DNA from: Cycas panzhihuaensis | Lineage: Eukaryota; Plantae; Cycadophyta | Assembly: GCA_023213395.1 (NCBI GenBank) | Contig: CM041465.1 | Location: forward strand, 96,417,741 to 96,481,740 | Reading direction: 5' to 3' | Length of the DNA stretch: 64,000 nt | Shown: positions 50,504 through 62,919 of the stretch, one piece after another | Numbering within the stretch: position 1 is the first letter of the stretch | How the letters are laid out: each line of letters begins with the position of its first letter | Translations under genes and position numbers: made by a program | Notes under the pieces: model-generated | What the model was told of the DNA's origin: nothing | What the model saw: only the letters and a program-made list of their open reading frames with translations | The model's database searches: none

Positions 50504-52428
50504 TTATAAATTATATTTTAATTACAAATAAGATTTACACCCAATGTTACAAATGATACACAATAATGTCACAAAGTTACATAATGTACAAATACACATA
50601 AGCTGTCATTATGTTTTAACACCCTCCCTTAATAATAGCTCTATTTGTCATGACGCCAAGCTCGTGTTGAAACTGTTCGAACTTTGGTCTCTCAAGTGCT
50701 TTGGTGAAGATATCTGCCACTTGGTCTTTAGTTGGTTAGTACACTAAGTCAACTTTTCTATTTTGTACATGCTCATGAATGAAGTGATGATGGACCTCTA
50801 AGTGTTTGGTATAAGCATGGAAGACAAGATTCTTGGTCATCTTCAACACTCTTTGATTATCACAAAAGAGGGTGGTAGCATGAGCTTGTTGAAGTCCAAG
50901 TTCAACAAGAATCCAGCGTAGCTAAATCAACTCTGTGTTGGCATGAATGGCTACTTTGTATTCTACTTTCGTGGAGGAGAGGGCAACACTTGATTGTTTC
51001 TTGCAACTTCATGAAATGACAATTGAGTTTATGTCGAAACAACATCCAGAGGTTGAGTGACGTGAGTCTTGGTAACCGGTCCAATTAACATCTGTAAATC
51101 CTTTTAGAACAGGTTTATCAACTTGGTTATAATCAAGGCCAAACTGAGGTATGCCGTGGATATATTTGAGGATTCTAGTAGTGAACTTCCAATGAGATGC
51201 TTGGGGTGGGACACATACTTTGAATAGATCCCAACTGCATAAGAGATGTTTGGTCAAGTGTGAGTGAGGTAGATCAAGCTTCCAACCAATTGTTGGTACA
51301 ATGTGGGATCAAAGGTTTTCTCTTGTTCATCCAGATTTAGCTTGGTCCTTGCTTCCATTGGTATTGGTGAATGTTTGTAGTCGCCCATTCTGAACTACTG
51401 TAATAGTTCATTTGAGTACTTGGATTGTGGTAAAAATATATGACCAGGTTCTTGCCACACCTCAATACTAAGGAAATAGTGTAACAACCCAAGATCTATC
51501 ATCTCAAAGTTGCTTTTAAGTTTAGAGTAGAGCCAAGCTATTCCTTCATCATCATTTCCAGTTATAACTAAGTTGTCCACATCGAGCACTATGATAGTGA
51601 TCAAGTTTTCTCTAATCCTAATGTACAAATCTGAATTCGAGGGTGAACAAGTGAATCCATGCTATGTGAAAAAGGTGTCAATCTTGGCATACTAGGCACA
51701 TGGTGCTTGTTTCAATCCATACAAGGCTTTCTTGAACTTACAAACTAGGTGTTCTTTACTAGGAACAACGTAGCTAAGAGGTTGCTTCAAGAAAACTCCT
51801 TCAGTAAGCTCTCCATTCAGGAAAGCACTCTTTACATCCATTTGGTATACGGGCTAGTTAAATTGAGCTACAAGAGATATAACCAAACGAAATGTGGTCA
51901 TGTTGGCAACCGATGCAAAGGTCTCATCATAGTTAATCCCCTCTTGCTATTTGAAACCTCTTACAACTAAGCAAGCTTTGTGATGCTTGATGGTGCCATC
52001 AACATGAAATTTAGTTTTATAAGGCCATCAACAATCAATTAACTTCTTTCTAGGTGGCAGTTCTATTAGCTCCCATGTTTCATTCTTAAGGATAGAGTTC
52101 ATCTCTTCATCCATTGTTGCTTTCCATGTTTGATCTTTGACTGCCTCCTCAAAGGTGGAAGGCTTAGAGGTCTCAAGGACATGTGTCATTAAGGCATAGT
52201 TGGTGGAGTGTCTCATTTTGTACTCTCTTTTGGGAGTTGTGGGAGGAGGAGGTGCATCCTTTATCAATTGTTGTAGCCACTTAGGAGGTGGTTGAATACT
52301 TGTGACCTCCACCTGAAGATTATTAGGAGATATAGGTGGCATTGTTGTAGTAGCATCTGAAATGGATGTTGAGGCTGCTGGTACCAATGATGGACTTGGT
52401 GTGTGGGATGATATTGCAAAGGTCTCAT
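50504..52428 (-). mobile_element. Ty1/copia 3' fragment: RT, RNase H, PPT and start of the 3' LTR
   Basis: PSTFEEAVKDQTWKATMDEEMNSILKNETWELIELP; VLDVDNLVITG..FEMIDLGLLHYFL; GFTDVNWTG..STSG; PPT 50622-50630; LTR start tgttaaaacata at 50621. Confidence 0.92.
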
Positions 52429-52735
52429 TGTTGTCGGGTTTGCCTAATTGTCGAATAACGAGCTAATAATATTGGCCTATTATGTTGGCCAATTAAATTA
52501 TTGTATTCAGGTTTTGTATGCTTATAAATTAAGCATGATCCTCCTCATTTGTACATTGACTTTTTATGTATGTGGAAGCTCTACCAAAATCTATTTACAT
52601 GGTGTAATCAATTTATCCGTCGCACTTCTCTACAAGAAATTTGCATACATTTGCTGTGTTTTTCATATTTCCTGCTTTCTGTTTGATATATTTGCATGCA
52701 CATTTGAAATAGTGCTCCTGTTAATCAATTTGGCA
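52429..52735 (+). repeat. LTR (family A), plus copy, followed by a tRNA-iMet PBS variant (52736-52747)
   Basis: tgttgtcggg...tttggca then ttgtatcagagc. Confidence 0.85.
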
Positions 52736-54604
52736 TTGTATCAGAGCAGGGTTGAATCCAAGTCGCTCTGATGAGGTGAAGATATTGTCAATTAGCTTGA
52801 GCCTATTGATGAGATGTTTAGGAAACTGTAGAAGAAATTCAAGTCCATAGATTGTCAATCAATCATGCCTGGAGTGATAGTCACCTGTTGTAATGCTGCT
52901 CTAATGCACAACCGATGGAGATCTATCCATGTATGCAGATCTTTAGTTATATCGCCCACAGAAGAGAAATATATAGCTAGAGAATGACAAAAATGGAGCA
53001 TGCCAATTGTGTAGTGGACCATCCATCATATGCCTTCACATAAGAGATGTCGTTGATAAAGAGAAACCCTGCCATTTATGGCCACACACATATTTGCCCT
53101 TTCTTTGTTGCCCACGATAAAAGGCAGCTATCCATTTGCCCGCTTGAAAGCCCCTAGTCAAAGAACGACGAAGGGAGATTAGAAGAACTACCCAACTTCC
53201 CTTAAAGAACAATCCGTCATAGTGATATGCTAGTAGACTGAATGTCATCACGTCTGAACGAAGAATATCATATCATCAACTGCTCGCTGCGGAGCTCACA
53301 ATGATAGCTAGAGATCATTGCGATCATGTGGAAAGTGGTCGTAACCTACTATGATTCATAACAAAGACAAAGATTTAGGTAATAATCGCCACTTGGATTG
53401 ATAAGAATGACTGATATCTTTCACGCCCTCATCCAGATGAAATGGAAGCCACTCGTTAGTGCCAAACGTTGTTGCTTACCTCCACAAAGACAAACATACA
53501 AAGCCACGGTTAAAACCTTCGCCATATATGGAGATTATCACAATTTGCCATTGTTGTAGATTAAAGCTGTGAAGAGAGGTTAGATCTCAATGCCATACCG
53601 GATAAACCCTATTGATGGTATATAATCGCTCTCATCACGATGTGAAATTTGGAGGAAGAATGCATAGATGAATTGCTTTGTAGAGATGACCAGTCGAATG
53701 AAGATTTTGATATTTTGCAAATGCACAAAGAAGGAGTTTTTTTGTTGGACGTAGAGATTCATATTTATTTTACAGCTAAATTTGACGTGGAGATTTGATT
53801 TTTTGCAAAACATAAAAAAATTTCTGTATAATTTTAAAAATTTAAGAATTTTACATAAGTTTTTAGATTTGATGGAGGGTCATCTGATGGTCACATGGTG
53901 AATCCATATGACCAGGAGACTAAATGGAAAAGGGGGCGGACTCTAAGATGGAGTTAACTGATTTGAAAAGTTTTTGATTTTTCAAAAAAATTATTTTATA
54001 TTTGATAATATTTTTAGATCCGTTCTCTATTTTCAAAGGATCGCACACTTTTTCATGGGTCACTACTGCTTTTTTGGGCATAACTGTTAAAATTTAAGCA
54101 AAAATTGTTTATTTATGATTGTTCAAAGGCTCTTAAGAACCCCTTGTACACTCATGAGAGTTCTTTGTTAGAAAATTACATCTAATATTTGCTTGCTTGT
54201 AGTTGTATTATTCTTTTTTAGTATATGATGCTTCATAAAAGCATATTTCCTGCTGTTATCTTTGAAGGACCCACAAATTGGTTACCTCAAAGGAGAATGA
54301 AGGAACCACAAATTGGTTGTCTTGAATTGAATGAAGCTGCTTAACTCATTTGCTAGGTAGACTTGTTCTCGAAATGAAGTTGACTGTTTGATTGAACCGT
54401 CTATCCGAAGGAGGTTCCTATTCAACTGGCGGTTGTAGTGACTAGTTATCTATGCATTCCGGTAGATGGAATTTTATTCATATGGATTTCAATAGATTTC
54501 ATTTGTAACTTGAAGATACAACTAGTGACATATGGAGTCAATCTTCATTTGTTCCAACAAATTTTTACATAATGTATAGATGTGATATTAAACATTATGG
54601 GGGG

Positions 54605-54993
54605 TGTTAAAACATAATGTTTAATGTTGATTTATGTGTTTGGTTAAGTGCCCCCCTTAACTCTCATATGTATTATTTTATTATTTTATTAACATGTGTG
54701 CATGTGAAACACACCTATTTATGTAAACGTCCCCATTGGTGGACTTGAGGGTTCTTTCATGTCATTGGTTAAGTATGAGGTCAAATGTACTATAAGTATG
54801 TATTCATGCCTAATGCAATAATTTGGAAGGGGATAATTTTTCCATATCTTTGTTGTCTTTTGCATTGTACACACTTTATCTTTCATGTATTTCATTTATT
54901 ATTTATCTTTAATCGTCATACTTGTATCATATATTACATTTATATTTCTCACTAGGGTTGCAAAGGTAATCTTTGAATCCATATGTTTTAACA
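54605..54993 (+). repeat. 3' LTR of a copia-like element
   Basis: Perfect 11-bp TIR tgttaaaacat/atgttttaaca; preceded by G6 PPT. Confidence 0.75.
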
Positions 54994-55005
54994 ATGTTTG
55001 CATTG

Positions 55006-55150
55006 TGATTGAAGTTATGGTCGCATTTCTGGTGGTATTTGGACTATGATCGGAACTTTGGTTGCACTCCTGGTCATACTTGGGCAGTGATCGAAACTTT
55101 GATCACATTCTTGGTGATACTTGAACTACGATTAGAACTTTGATCATACC
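55006..55150. repeat. 41-bp tandem repeat, ~3.5 copies
   Basis: Units start at 55006, 55047, 55088 and 55129 (tgatcggaactttggtcgcattcctggt... consensus). Confidence 0.85.
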
Positions 55151-55876
55151 TTTGATTGCCACGGTAAATTGAATTATACCATGATCTTGTCTCTAATTGT
55201 ACCATCCACACACCTCTCTTGCCATAAAACCATCGAGTGCCCTCACTTGACCCAAAATTTCAAAATTTACCCATCTCTTTCTCCTCCAAAATTTTGAAAT
55301 TAGGACCTCTTAGAACTCTATCCCTGTTGTCCTCCCAAAATGTCTTGAACTTCCTTTCAAGCCTCTTTTAATTTAGCAATCTCCATATTCAAGCATAGGG
55401 GGTTTGGACGTGTTATCAATGGTGGTGGCACCTAACCTTTTGATTGAATGAAGTCATTACATAACCAAAAGGTCTTGTTGTGCATCCAATTGCTTCATGT
55501 GTTGGGTAATTCTCCTATCTGCAATTGCATAATTTTTGCATAGAACTCTTTATTAATGTTCTATGTGGTCTTCAATTCTGTCCTTAATGCGCATATTCAA
55601 CTCTAAAGTTGATTGTATTGATTTGACTCTTCGTCTCTTTTGAAGATCCATGATCCCATTTTAAAGATGACTTCTTTTAAATCATCTAGAATTTGTCAGT
55701 TGAATTGCTCCTTAAACTTTTTAATTTGAGGACCAATTTTAGAAATATTGTCAACCCAATCTAGAATAAATTTTGTTAAAAAATTCTAGTTTCTCCTCTA
55801 CCATAATGGTTTTATTCTGGGCTATTTGAAGTTCATCTTCCAACTGAGCTATATACTCTAGATTTGGTGGCATTTT

Positions 55877-56029
55877 TGTTGAAAAACAGAGAGAGAGATA
55901 TAAGAATGACCGATGATTTATTATGAGAGATCATTCTGGTATCTCTCTCTCTGCTTTTCAATATCTAAAACATGTTGAAAAACACAGAGAGAGATACAAG
56001 AATGATCAATGACTTATTATGAGAGATCA

Positions 56030-56081
<52 letters not shown>

Positions 56082-56096
56082 TGTATATATATATAG

Positions 56097-56142
<46 letters not shown>

Positions 56143-56164
56143 ATATATATATATATATACATAC

Positions 56165-56195
<31 letters not shown>

Positions 56196-58190
56196 TATAA
56201 TTACATATTGTAACCGACGTGCATCAGAGTGACATGTGGCAACCACTTGTCTAATGATACACAAAGAGGGATTTAAGAGATTCGAACCAATCCTCTCGTC
56301 CGATCATGTGTCTTGAAGCTCCGGAATCAATGTACGACACCTCCCCATCCTCGAGACTTGCTATGAGTGCAACAATGAATGAAGTTTTTTCTTCATCTTT
56401 GTCATCCTACTTCTTGCTATAGTTTCCTATAGGTCATTTTCCCTTTTGAATTTTAGCTTTCCTTTGTGGACATTGATATGGATAGTGCCTAGTTTTCCTG
56501 CAGTGGTAACATACATCAAAGGCTCCACAACTGCTAGAAAAATGTCCTGGTCTTCTGTAGTTAAAACACACTTTGGCTTCTCTGGGAGGTATGCTGTGTC
56601 CTTGTCCTCGATTATCTTGCCATCTTCCATGTGACATGCTTGTTGTGTGAGGAGCTCTAGCGCGACCACGAAATTGACCCCTTCCTTTGGGTCCTAAGTG
56701 GAGTTTGGTGACAAAAGCATCCTCCACTTCTGTCGTATCTTCATATCACTTATTTCTTTGTTCTTGTCTCAATAACAATCCTATTGATGTATCAAGCGTC
56801 ATTGTATTAATTTGATCATTGTTAGTGATTGTGTTGATTTTAATATCAAATGATTTTGGGAGCTTGCTTGCTATCATTTCAACTATCTCTTGTTCTTCTA
56901 TTTTTGCTTCTGCACTTAACAAATTGTTTATGATTGAAACAACTTTATGAAGAAATTTTGAAATTATTTCAGTTTCTTTCATATGTAACTTGAATAGGTC
57001 CTCCTTTAAAGCTATGATTCAAGCTCTATTCTTCTATCCATACAAATTTTCAAACACTTTCCATACATCTAAGGATGAGTTCAGATTTTCAACATAAACA
57101 AGGAGAGGATTTGAAACAGAGAGCTTTAGTGTGATTAAGCTTGCATTATCCCTTTCTTCCCAGCTAAGAAGGTTTATGTCATCATCAACAGGTTTTTCTT
57201 TTAGACATGTGGCTATTTTCCATATATTTTTAGCTCTCAACAAAGTTTCTATTTTGATTTTCCATATATGATAATTGGAATTAGTGAGTTTGTCTTGATC
57301 GGATAGAGCTAATATTGTAGAAGCCATTTTTAAATGAAAAACAGAGTCTGAAGCAAGAGATAGAGTATAGTCGTACAACTATAGGGATTTCCGTACAAAA
57401 ATGGTGGTGTATGGACTGGTATAAAGTACCTCAAATCAAAGTGCTTTATGAGAGGATCACAGATTTGCGATTATATTTCTGAGATGATTTTTTATCTGAG
57501 AGAAAATTGACCCAAAAGTTTCAAATGGGCGGATAGGGTTTTGTAAAGAAATGCTTGAAAATCTTGAAATCTCCAATAAAAATCAACAAATCTGGACTTA
57601 ATGTCTTCGCATTGCAGAAACACACAAACTATGAGTGAATTTACCCAAAAATCTGAGAGATTTTTGAAGAAATCTGTAGTTAAATCTCCAGACCTGCGTG
57701 GATTGGTTAAGAGGGCAAAACTGGCTTAGAACGATCTTAGATGACTTCGACCCAATTGGAAGAACTGATGTCCTGGATGAGATCTACGTTTTGTCCAAAT
57801 TTCATCCAATTCTGACAACTTAAAAAAAAAAAAAAAATTGTCTGTACATGACTATACAGATCCATACAAATTTGTACGATAAAGATTTCTGCAGTCCTTT
57901 GCTTTTTTGAACTCTTCAATCTTCCCTTTTAATGGTTGAATTAACCTTAGCCTTTCAACATTGTTGTTCTCTGACAATTTCCTTTTGCGCAACACTATTA
58001 TCCTTTGACAATTTCCTTTTAGGCAGGTAGATTTTCTTTCTCTGATACCATGTTGAAAAATAGAGAGAGAGAGATACAAGAATGATTGATGATTTATTAT
58101 GAGAGATCATTTACATATATATACAATTACATGTTGTAACTGATGTGCATCAGAGTGACACATGGCAAGATGAAACATTATATTCTAACA
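55877..58190 (-). mobile_element. Internally deleted Ty1/copia: 5' LTR 58051-58190, PBS, gag with two zinc knuckles, protease start, rearranged 3' LTR
   Basis: TSD ATTTT (55872-55876/58191-58195); PBS rc tggtatcagaga 58039-58050; DKLTNSNYHIWKIKIETLL; CFNYRRPGHFSSSC, CYHCRKTRHYPYQC; YIDSGASRHM. Confidence 0.9.
56029..56198. repeat. (AT)n-rich microsatellite inside the copia 3' LTR
   Basis: ~170 bp of AT units with ac/gt/ga interruptions. Confidence 0.95.
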
Positions 58191-59169
58191 ATTTTTGCGA
58201 CCAACTTTCAAGCACAGTTACCAACTATTGTGTAACTTGACCCAAGAAAGATGTTTTCCATTAAGAAACATCTTGGGGGTCACACAACATAGGATCAAGT
58301 CCCTCCTCCAGAATTAATTCATCATGAGAGAATTCAACTTTGGCCAGCTGCTAGTTTAGTTGTTTAATTATTTGATGTTTCCTTTTCTCTGCTGCTAGCA
58401 TTCTACGATGCTGTTTGCTTTGCTTCGTTTCCTCTTACTGAACCACTATGGGTTTTTGGACTGGTTTTATTTCTTCCTTGGCATGTTCTTCAATGCTGGA
58501 CTACAATTGTGCCTCTTCTTCTTATGTTTTTCGTTTCCCCTTTCTAATTTCCTTCTTCTTTTCTTCTTCTTTTTTCTATCTTCTTATTTTTACCTGTGAG
58601 GCTACCTCTTCTTGAATTTCTTCTTCTTCTGAACTAACTACTACTTTTCTTGTAGAGGTTGCTCTAATTGCCTTTCTCCATTATTGTTGAAGCCAATCTC
58701 TTGTCTGTTCATGTGCTTGAACCAATCACTTGGGTTCCTATGTATTTTCTTTGTGAAACATTTCAATCCATTTTGCCAACTACAACTACCCTTCCCTAGG
58801 TGTAGGTAATTGAACACTAGGACATTGAAAAAACAAGAGTTCTTAGAGCAACGCATGTTGAAAGAACATCACTGACTGCCCTACATTTTTAACACTCTTC
58901 AAATTATTTTTGGAATAATTTTGAGATAAATTTGGCCCAATTGAATTACTATGGTGAACAAAAAGTGAGCTATCCGATGCATATTTGCCAAGTGAATTCT
59001 CGTGATGTTGATGCCAAAATTTGAAATATTAGTCTTGCTTGCCCTTACTTGTCTTATTGTCTGCTCTTGTGGAACTTGTTTATCTCACGGAATCTTGTCA
59101 CCTTCATTTGGCAATCCTGTTAACCGAGTGATCGTTTCCGCTAAGAAATCTAAAATAGAGGGTTGAAAC

Positions 59170-62100
59170 TATTGGAATAGCTTGGTTCACACTTCTTGAG
59201 ACAAAGTTGTAATGCACATTTGTGTAAATGAATTTATTATGATATTCATATTTTGTGGTTGGTCCCACACATAGTCAAGTTTTGTATTATAAATACACAA
59301 TGTATCATATTAAAACATGTTGAATTAGGTTGTATAATGTTGTAATATTATTATGGTGTTAATCCAAGGTACCTTAAGGGTACTATTGTGATCCTGGTGT
59401 TTGTTTGTTTGTTTGTTTTCATTTGTGCATTATTATTTTTTGTCAATTTCATTTTTTTACATGGTATCAGAGCCACAATGAGAAGTAAGGTACGTTGTAA
59501 GTCTATTGTTTCGCAGGTTTGCCATTTGTCAGTGTTGTGTGAAGGTGGCTTTGTAGAGCCTATTTGCCAATTGTCCATAGTGTATTGTATATGTTGATTT
59601 AGGGTTTAAGATAGAAACCCTAACCCTAAGTGTGAGGAAAAAAGGTTTGAGTATTGTTTGCAATTCATTTTTGAGAGTATAAATGGAAGAATTTTAGAAA
59701 AATAATCACGAATTTAAGTCAACTAGGCTTGTTCTGCACATTTTGAGTGGCTATACCATAGTTTTTGGAGTGAAATTGCAAAAATTGTAAAAAAATTAGG
59801 TTCGACCTGTTGCTTGTCGCTATCTTTGGGGTCTAAAATCTGCTACTGTAGCTTCAAATAGTCGTAACCTTGGCTATAAGTATTCAATTAACATTAATTT
59901 TTTTTGTGCATCTTGGCTTCTAATTTTTGTTGAAAGTGAATTTAGATCCGTTGAACATTGGAGTTAAAAGTTATTAGCATTTTAGTAATAGGTATTGCTA
60001 TAGTCCCCCAAAACCCTAATTATGACTCACATTAAAAAGGCCATAACTATTGATATAAGTATCAAATTGATGTGGCTTGAAGTATAGATTATTTAGAAAA
60101 AATAAATTTTCAATTTGGAGATCTAATTTAAAAGTTATTTCTATTTTAGTAAAGGGTCCTAAACCTTAACTCGCCAATTTTATTTTTTAAAAAGGCACCT
60201 GTACATTTTCTTTAATATCTTGAGTTCTAGGAGTCCGTTTTCCAAATCGTCTGAATCATTGGAATCCTAACTCAGAGCCTGTTGTTTTGGTATATGATCT
60301 AACATATTTTGGAGTTGTTTTTGTAGAGAAATTTTAGTTCAAATTTGAGTTTTGTACTGGATCCCTACATGGTAACCAAACAAATTTTTTTTGCACCCTC
60401 TACATCATTTTTCTGCCTATTTCTTGACCCTAGGGCAATTGAATTTTGAACCCTAGAAGGTTATCATAATGTATTTTTTAAAGAAATTTATTGAAATTTG
60501 CATGTTGAGTTCTATAAAGGACTAAGAGGCAAAAGGAGGTCCTAAAATCAAGGACAGGGTAGCTATCATCTTGTTGATAGATCTGTGTGACTATGTGGCT
60601 TGTCTTGTACGCATTTGGGGTGAAGTTTTTGCACTCTTGGTTGTTCATTTGATTAGTAAGGAGAGGAGATCCTAAACTTGAGGGACAAAAGATACAGTTT
60701 GATATCATAAGTATGATGTGATTGTTGTGCACCTATTATGGTTGATTTTCATTTGCAAGATGCCATTTGATTTTCTAGGTTTTCCGAATTTGGTGATTTT
60801 CAATGGAAAAAATTATTTAGAGTGGTCAAGAGACATAAAACCCTATTTGATTTCAAATGACTTGTGGGATATTGTTTCTCAAGGATATAAAATTCCATAA
60901 CTTATATATCCTACTAGTTAATTAACACCTGATCAAAAAAAAGAAAAGAAGGAACTTGAAATAAAATATTATGATGTACTTGTTGGTTGGATCTATTCTA
61001 CTTTTAATGATGATGTAATATCCCATATGCATTATATTAAGACTACTAGGGAAACATGGGATCTTTTGAAACATAAGTTTGATCAAAGATTGAAGAAAAA
61101 ATATAAGTTTCCTCAAGCATTTGTTTAAGCATATTTACAAAATCAAGATTCTCAAGAAAATATAGAATTTCATGTTAAGGAATATCTAGAACATCTTGAG
61201 AAGATATGTCAAAAATATACTGAGAAGGTATGTCAGTAACATGATTAAAATATTTGTCAAGAAAACATGGTTAAAAACATTGTTGAGGAAACTACTACTG
61301 AATGTGAAGAGACTGCAATTGAATGCATTGTTGAATCTGATGAGACTACTGCTATTGAGTATGTTGAGTGTGATGAACTTGTTACTATTATTGGATGTAG
61401 AGAATTTACTAATGATTATGATCAAACAGTTCAAGATGTCAAAGTTTCTTTATTCACTTTTATGGATGTTCTTATTACATCAAAGGAGATTGTACTTGAA
61501 GATGAATCAAATTTACTTATACTTGATGATGTTACTGATGAATCAAATTCAAGTGAAATTACTATTTCAAATGTTGATTCAAATTTGAGTATACAAGTTT
61601 CTGACTATTCAAATAATGAGAATGATTTGTAAGTTGATAAAGGTAAATAGATTGTGATTGAGTTTGATTCAAGAGATATTCTTGATCTGAATTTTGATAA
61701 GAGAATGGCAAGACTTCAAGTGATTCAGAATGATGAACCTAAAGCAAATTACAAAGAAGTTAAAGTAGAAGGTCATGAAATAGTTTATCTGAGAAAGATA
61801 CTACAAGATCATAATTAACTTACAAAGATTCAATTTGATAGTCAAAACACTGTACAGATGATGAAGAACTCAGTTTTACAAAGAAAAATGAAGCATATCA
61901 TGATCAAGCATGATTACTACATTCAAGAGTTTATACAACAAAGACAAGTTGAAGATCAAATTGAAAACCAAGTTTCATATATCATTTTCAAGACATTTCG
62001 AAGATCAAGCGTTGCAAATTCAAAGCAACATCCATGTTCCCAAATGTGCATTAGGGGAGAGTGTTAAAATGGGTTGGTTCATACTTCTCGAGGTAGAGCT

Positions 62101-62357
62101 GTAATGCACATTTGTGCAAAATTAATTTCTTATGATATTGGTATTTTGTAGTGGGTCCCATGCATAATCAAGTTGTGTATTATAAATACACACTGAATGT
62201 ATCATATTAGAGCATTTTGAATTAGGTTGTATCATATTGTTGCAATATTATTTTGGCGTTAATCCAAGGTATCTTGAGGGTACCATTATGATTTTGGTGT
62301 TTATTTGTTTATTTTCATTTGTGTATTATTATTTTCTGTCAATTTTATTTTTCTACA
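59170..62357 (+). mobile_element. Non-autonomous Ty1/copia-derived element; LTRs 59170-59461 and 62062-62357
   Basis: Alignable LTRs; TSD GAAAC/GAAAT; PBS tggtatcagagcc 59462-59474; PPT aggggagag before 62062. Confidence 0.92.
60760..62067 (+). pseudogene. Single-frame chimeric ORF: copia Gag N-terminus, acidic repeat region, degenerate RNase H C-terminus
   Basis: FNGKNYLEWSRDIKPYLISNDLWDIV (gag); EETTTECEETAIEC.. (acidic); EIVYLRKIL..TKIQFDSQNTVQMMKNSVLQRKMKHI (RH); ORFs 60718, 61267 and 61858 share one frame. Confidence 0.75.
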
Positions 62358-62919
62358 GAAATGCAACTGTTATCATCACTGGATCTAGGAATTTTATTGA
62401 AATAGGGAGGGCAACTATAGTAGTAGCAAAGTTTGAAAGTCATGTTTCCATTAAGATCTGCTTTTAAGAGTTATTTGGTTGCATCTCCATCCATTCTTCC
62501 CGAATGTTACTATCATTTGAGTCGCAAAAGATGATGCTCATCTTAGGGAGCCCTTCAAAGTCCACCATTCTTGTCAATTGGCTACCACGATCAAATTGTC
62601 AATTCATTCTTTGATAAGAATGAAGGGGGTTATACACTAGAATTATTATATAGAAACATGTGCACCATGACTCTGTGTGTGAAAAGATGGTAAAAGACTT
62701 GTAATTAATTTGGCACACACTATTTAATAGTTAGTTGTTTAACTGCCTGCCACCAACCCATCAAATCTACCCAATTTAATTCCTTAATCATGATTAAGAT
62801 CCTTTTTATGATCCTTCCCTTGGTCGCAATCACATCAATTGTATCTTTGCTCTAGTCAGATCCTAACCATGATTGAAGATAAGTATTTTCTTGGTTTACG
62901 TTTTTTTTTTTTTTTTTTT

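Larger units (their letters stand above)
55300..62568 (-). pseudogene. Degraded sense-strand 3' extra ORF of the right-hand gypsy, split by two copia insertions (segments ~62568-62358, 59164-58191, 55876-55300)
   Basis: Excising 59170-62357 restores ...TVAFQPSILDFLAETITRLTGLPNEGDKIP; followed by a K/E-rich stretch and coiled-coil-like LEYIAQLEDELQIAQNKTIMVEEKLEFL. Confidence 0.5.

Noticed and set aside
52429-54993. One intact element from LTR 52429 to LTR 54993
   Set aside because: The two LTRs are not homologous and the flanks do not form a TSD.
55006-55150. Regularly spaced repeats resembling a CRISPR array
   Set aside because: Whole units are similar with no unique spacers; eukaryotic context and no cas genes.
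55965-56264. IY-repeat ORFs (also the CV-repeat ORF at 29226-29438)
   Set aside because: Translations of microsatellites.
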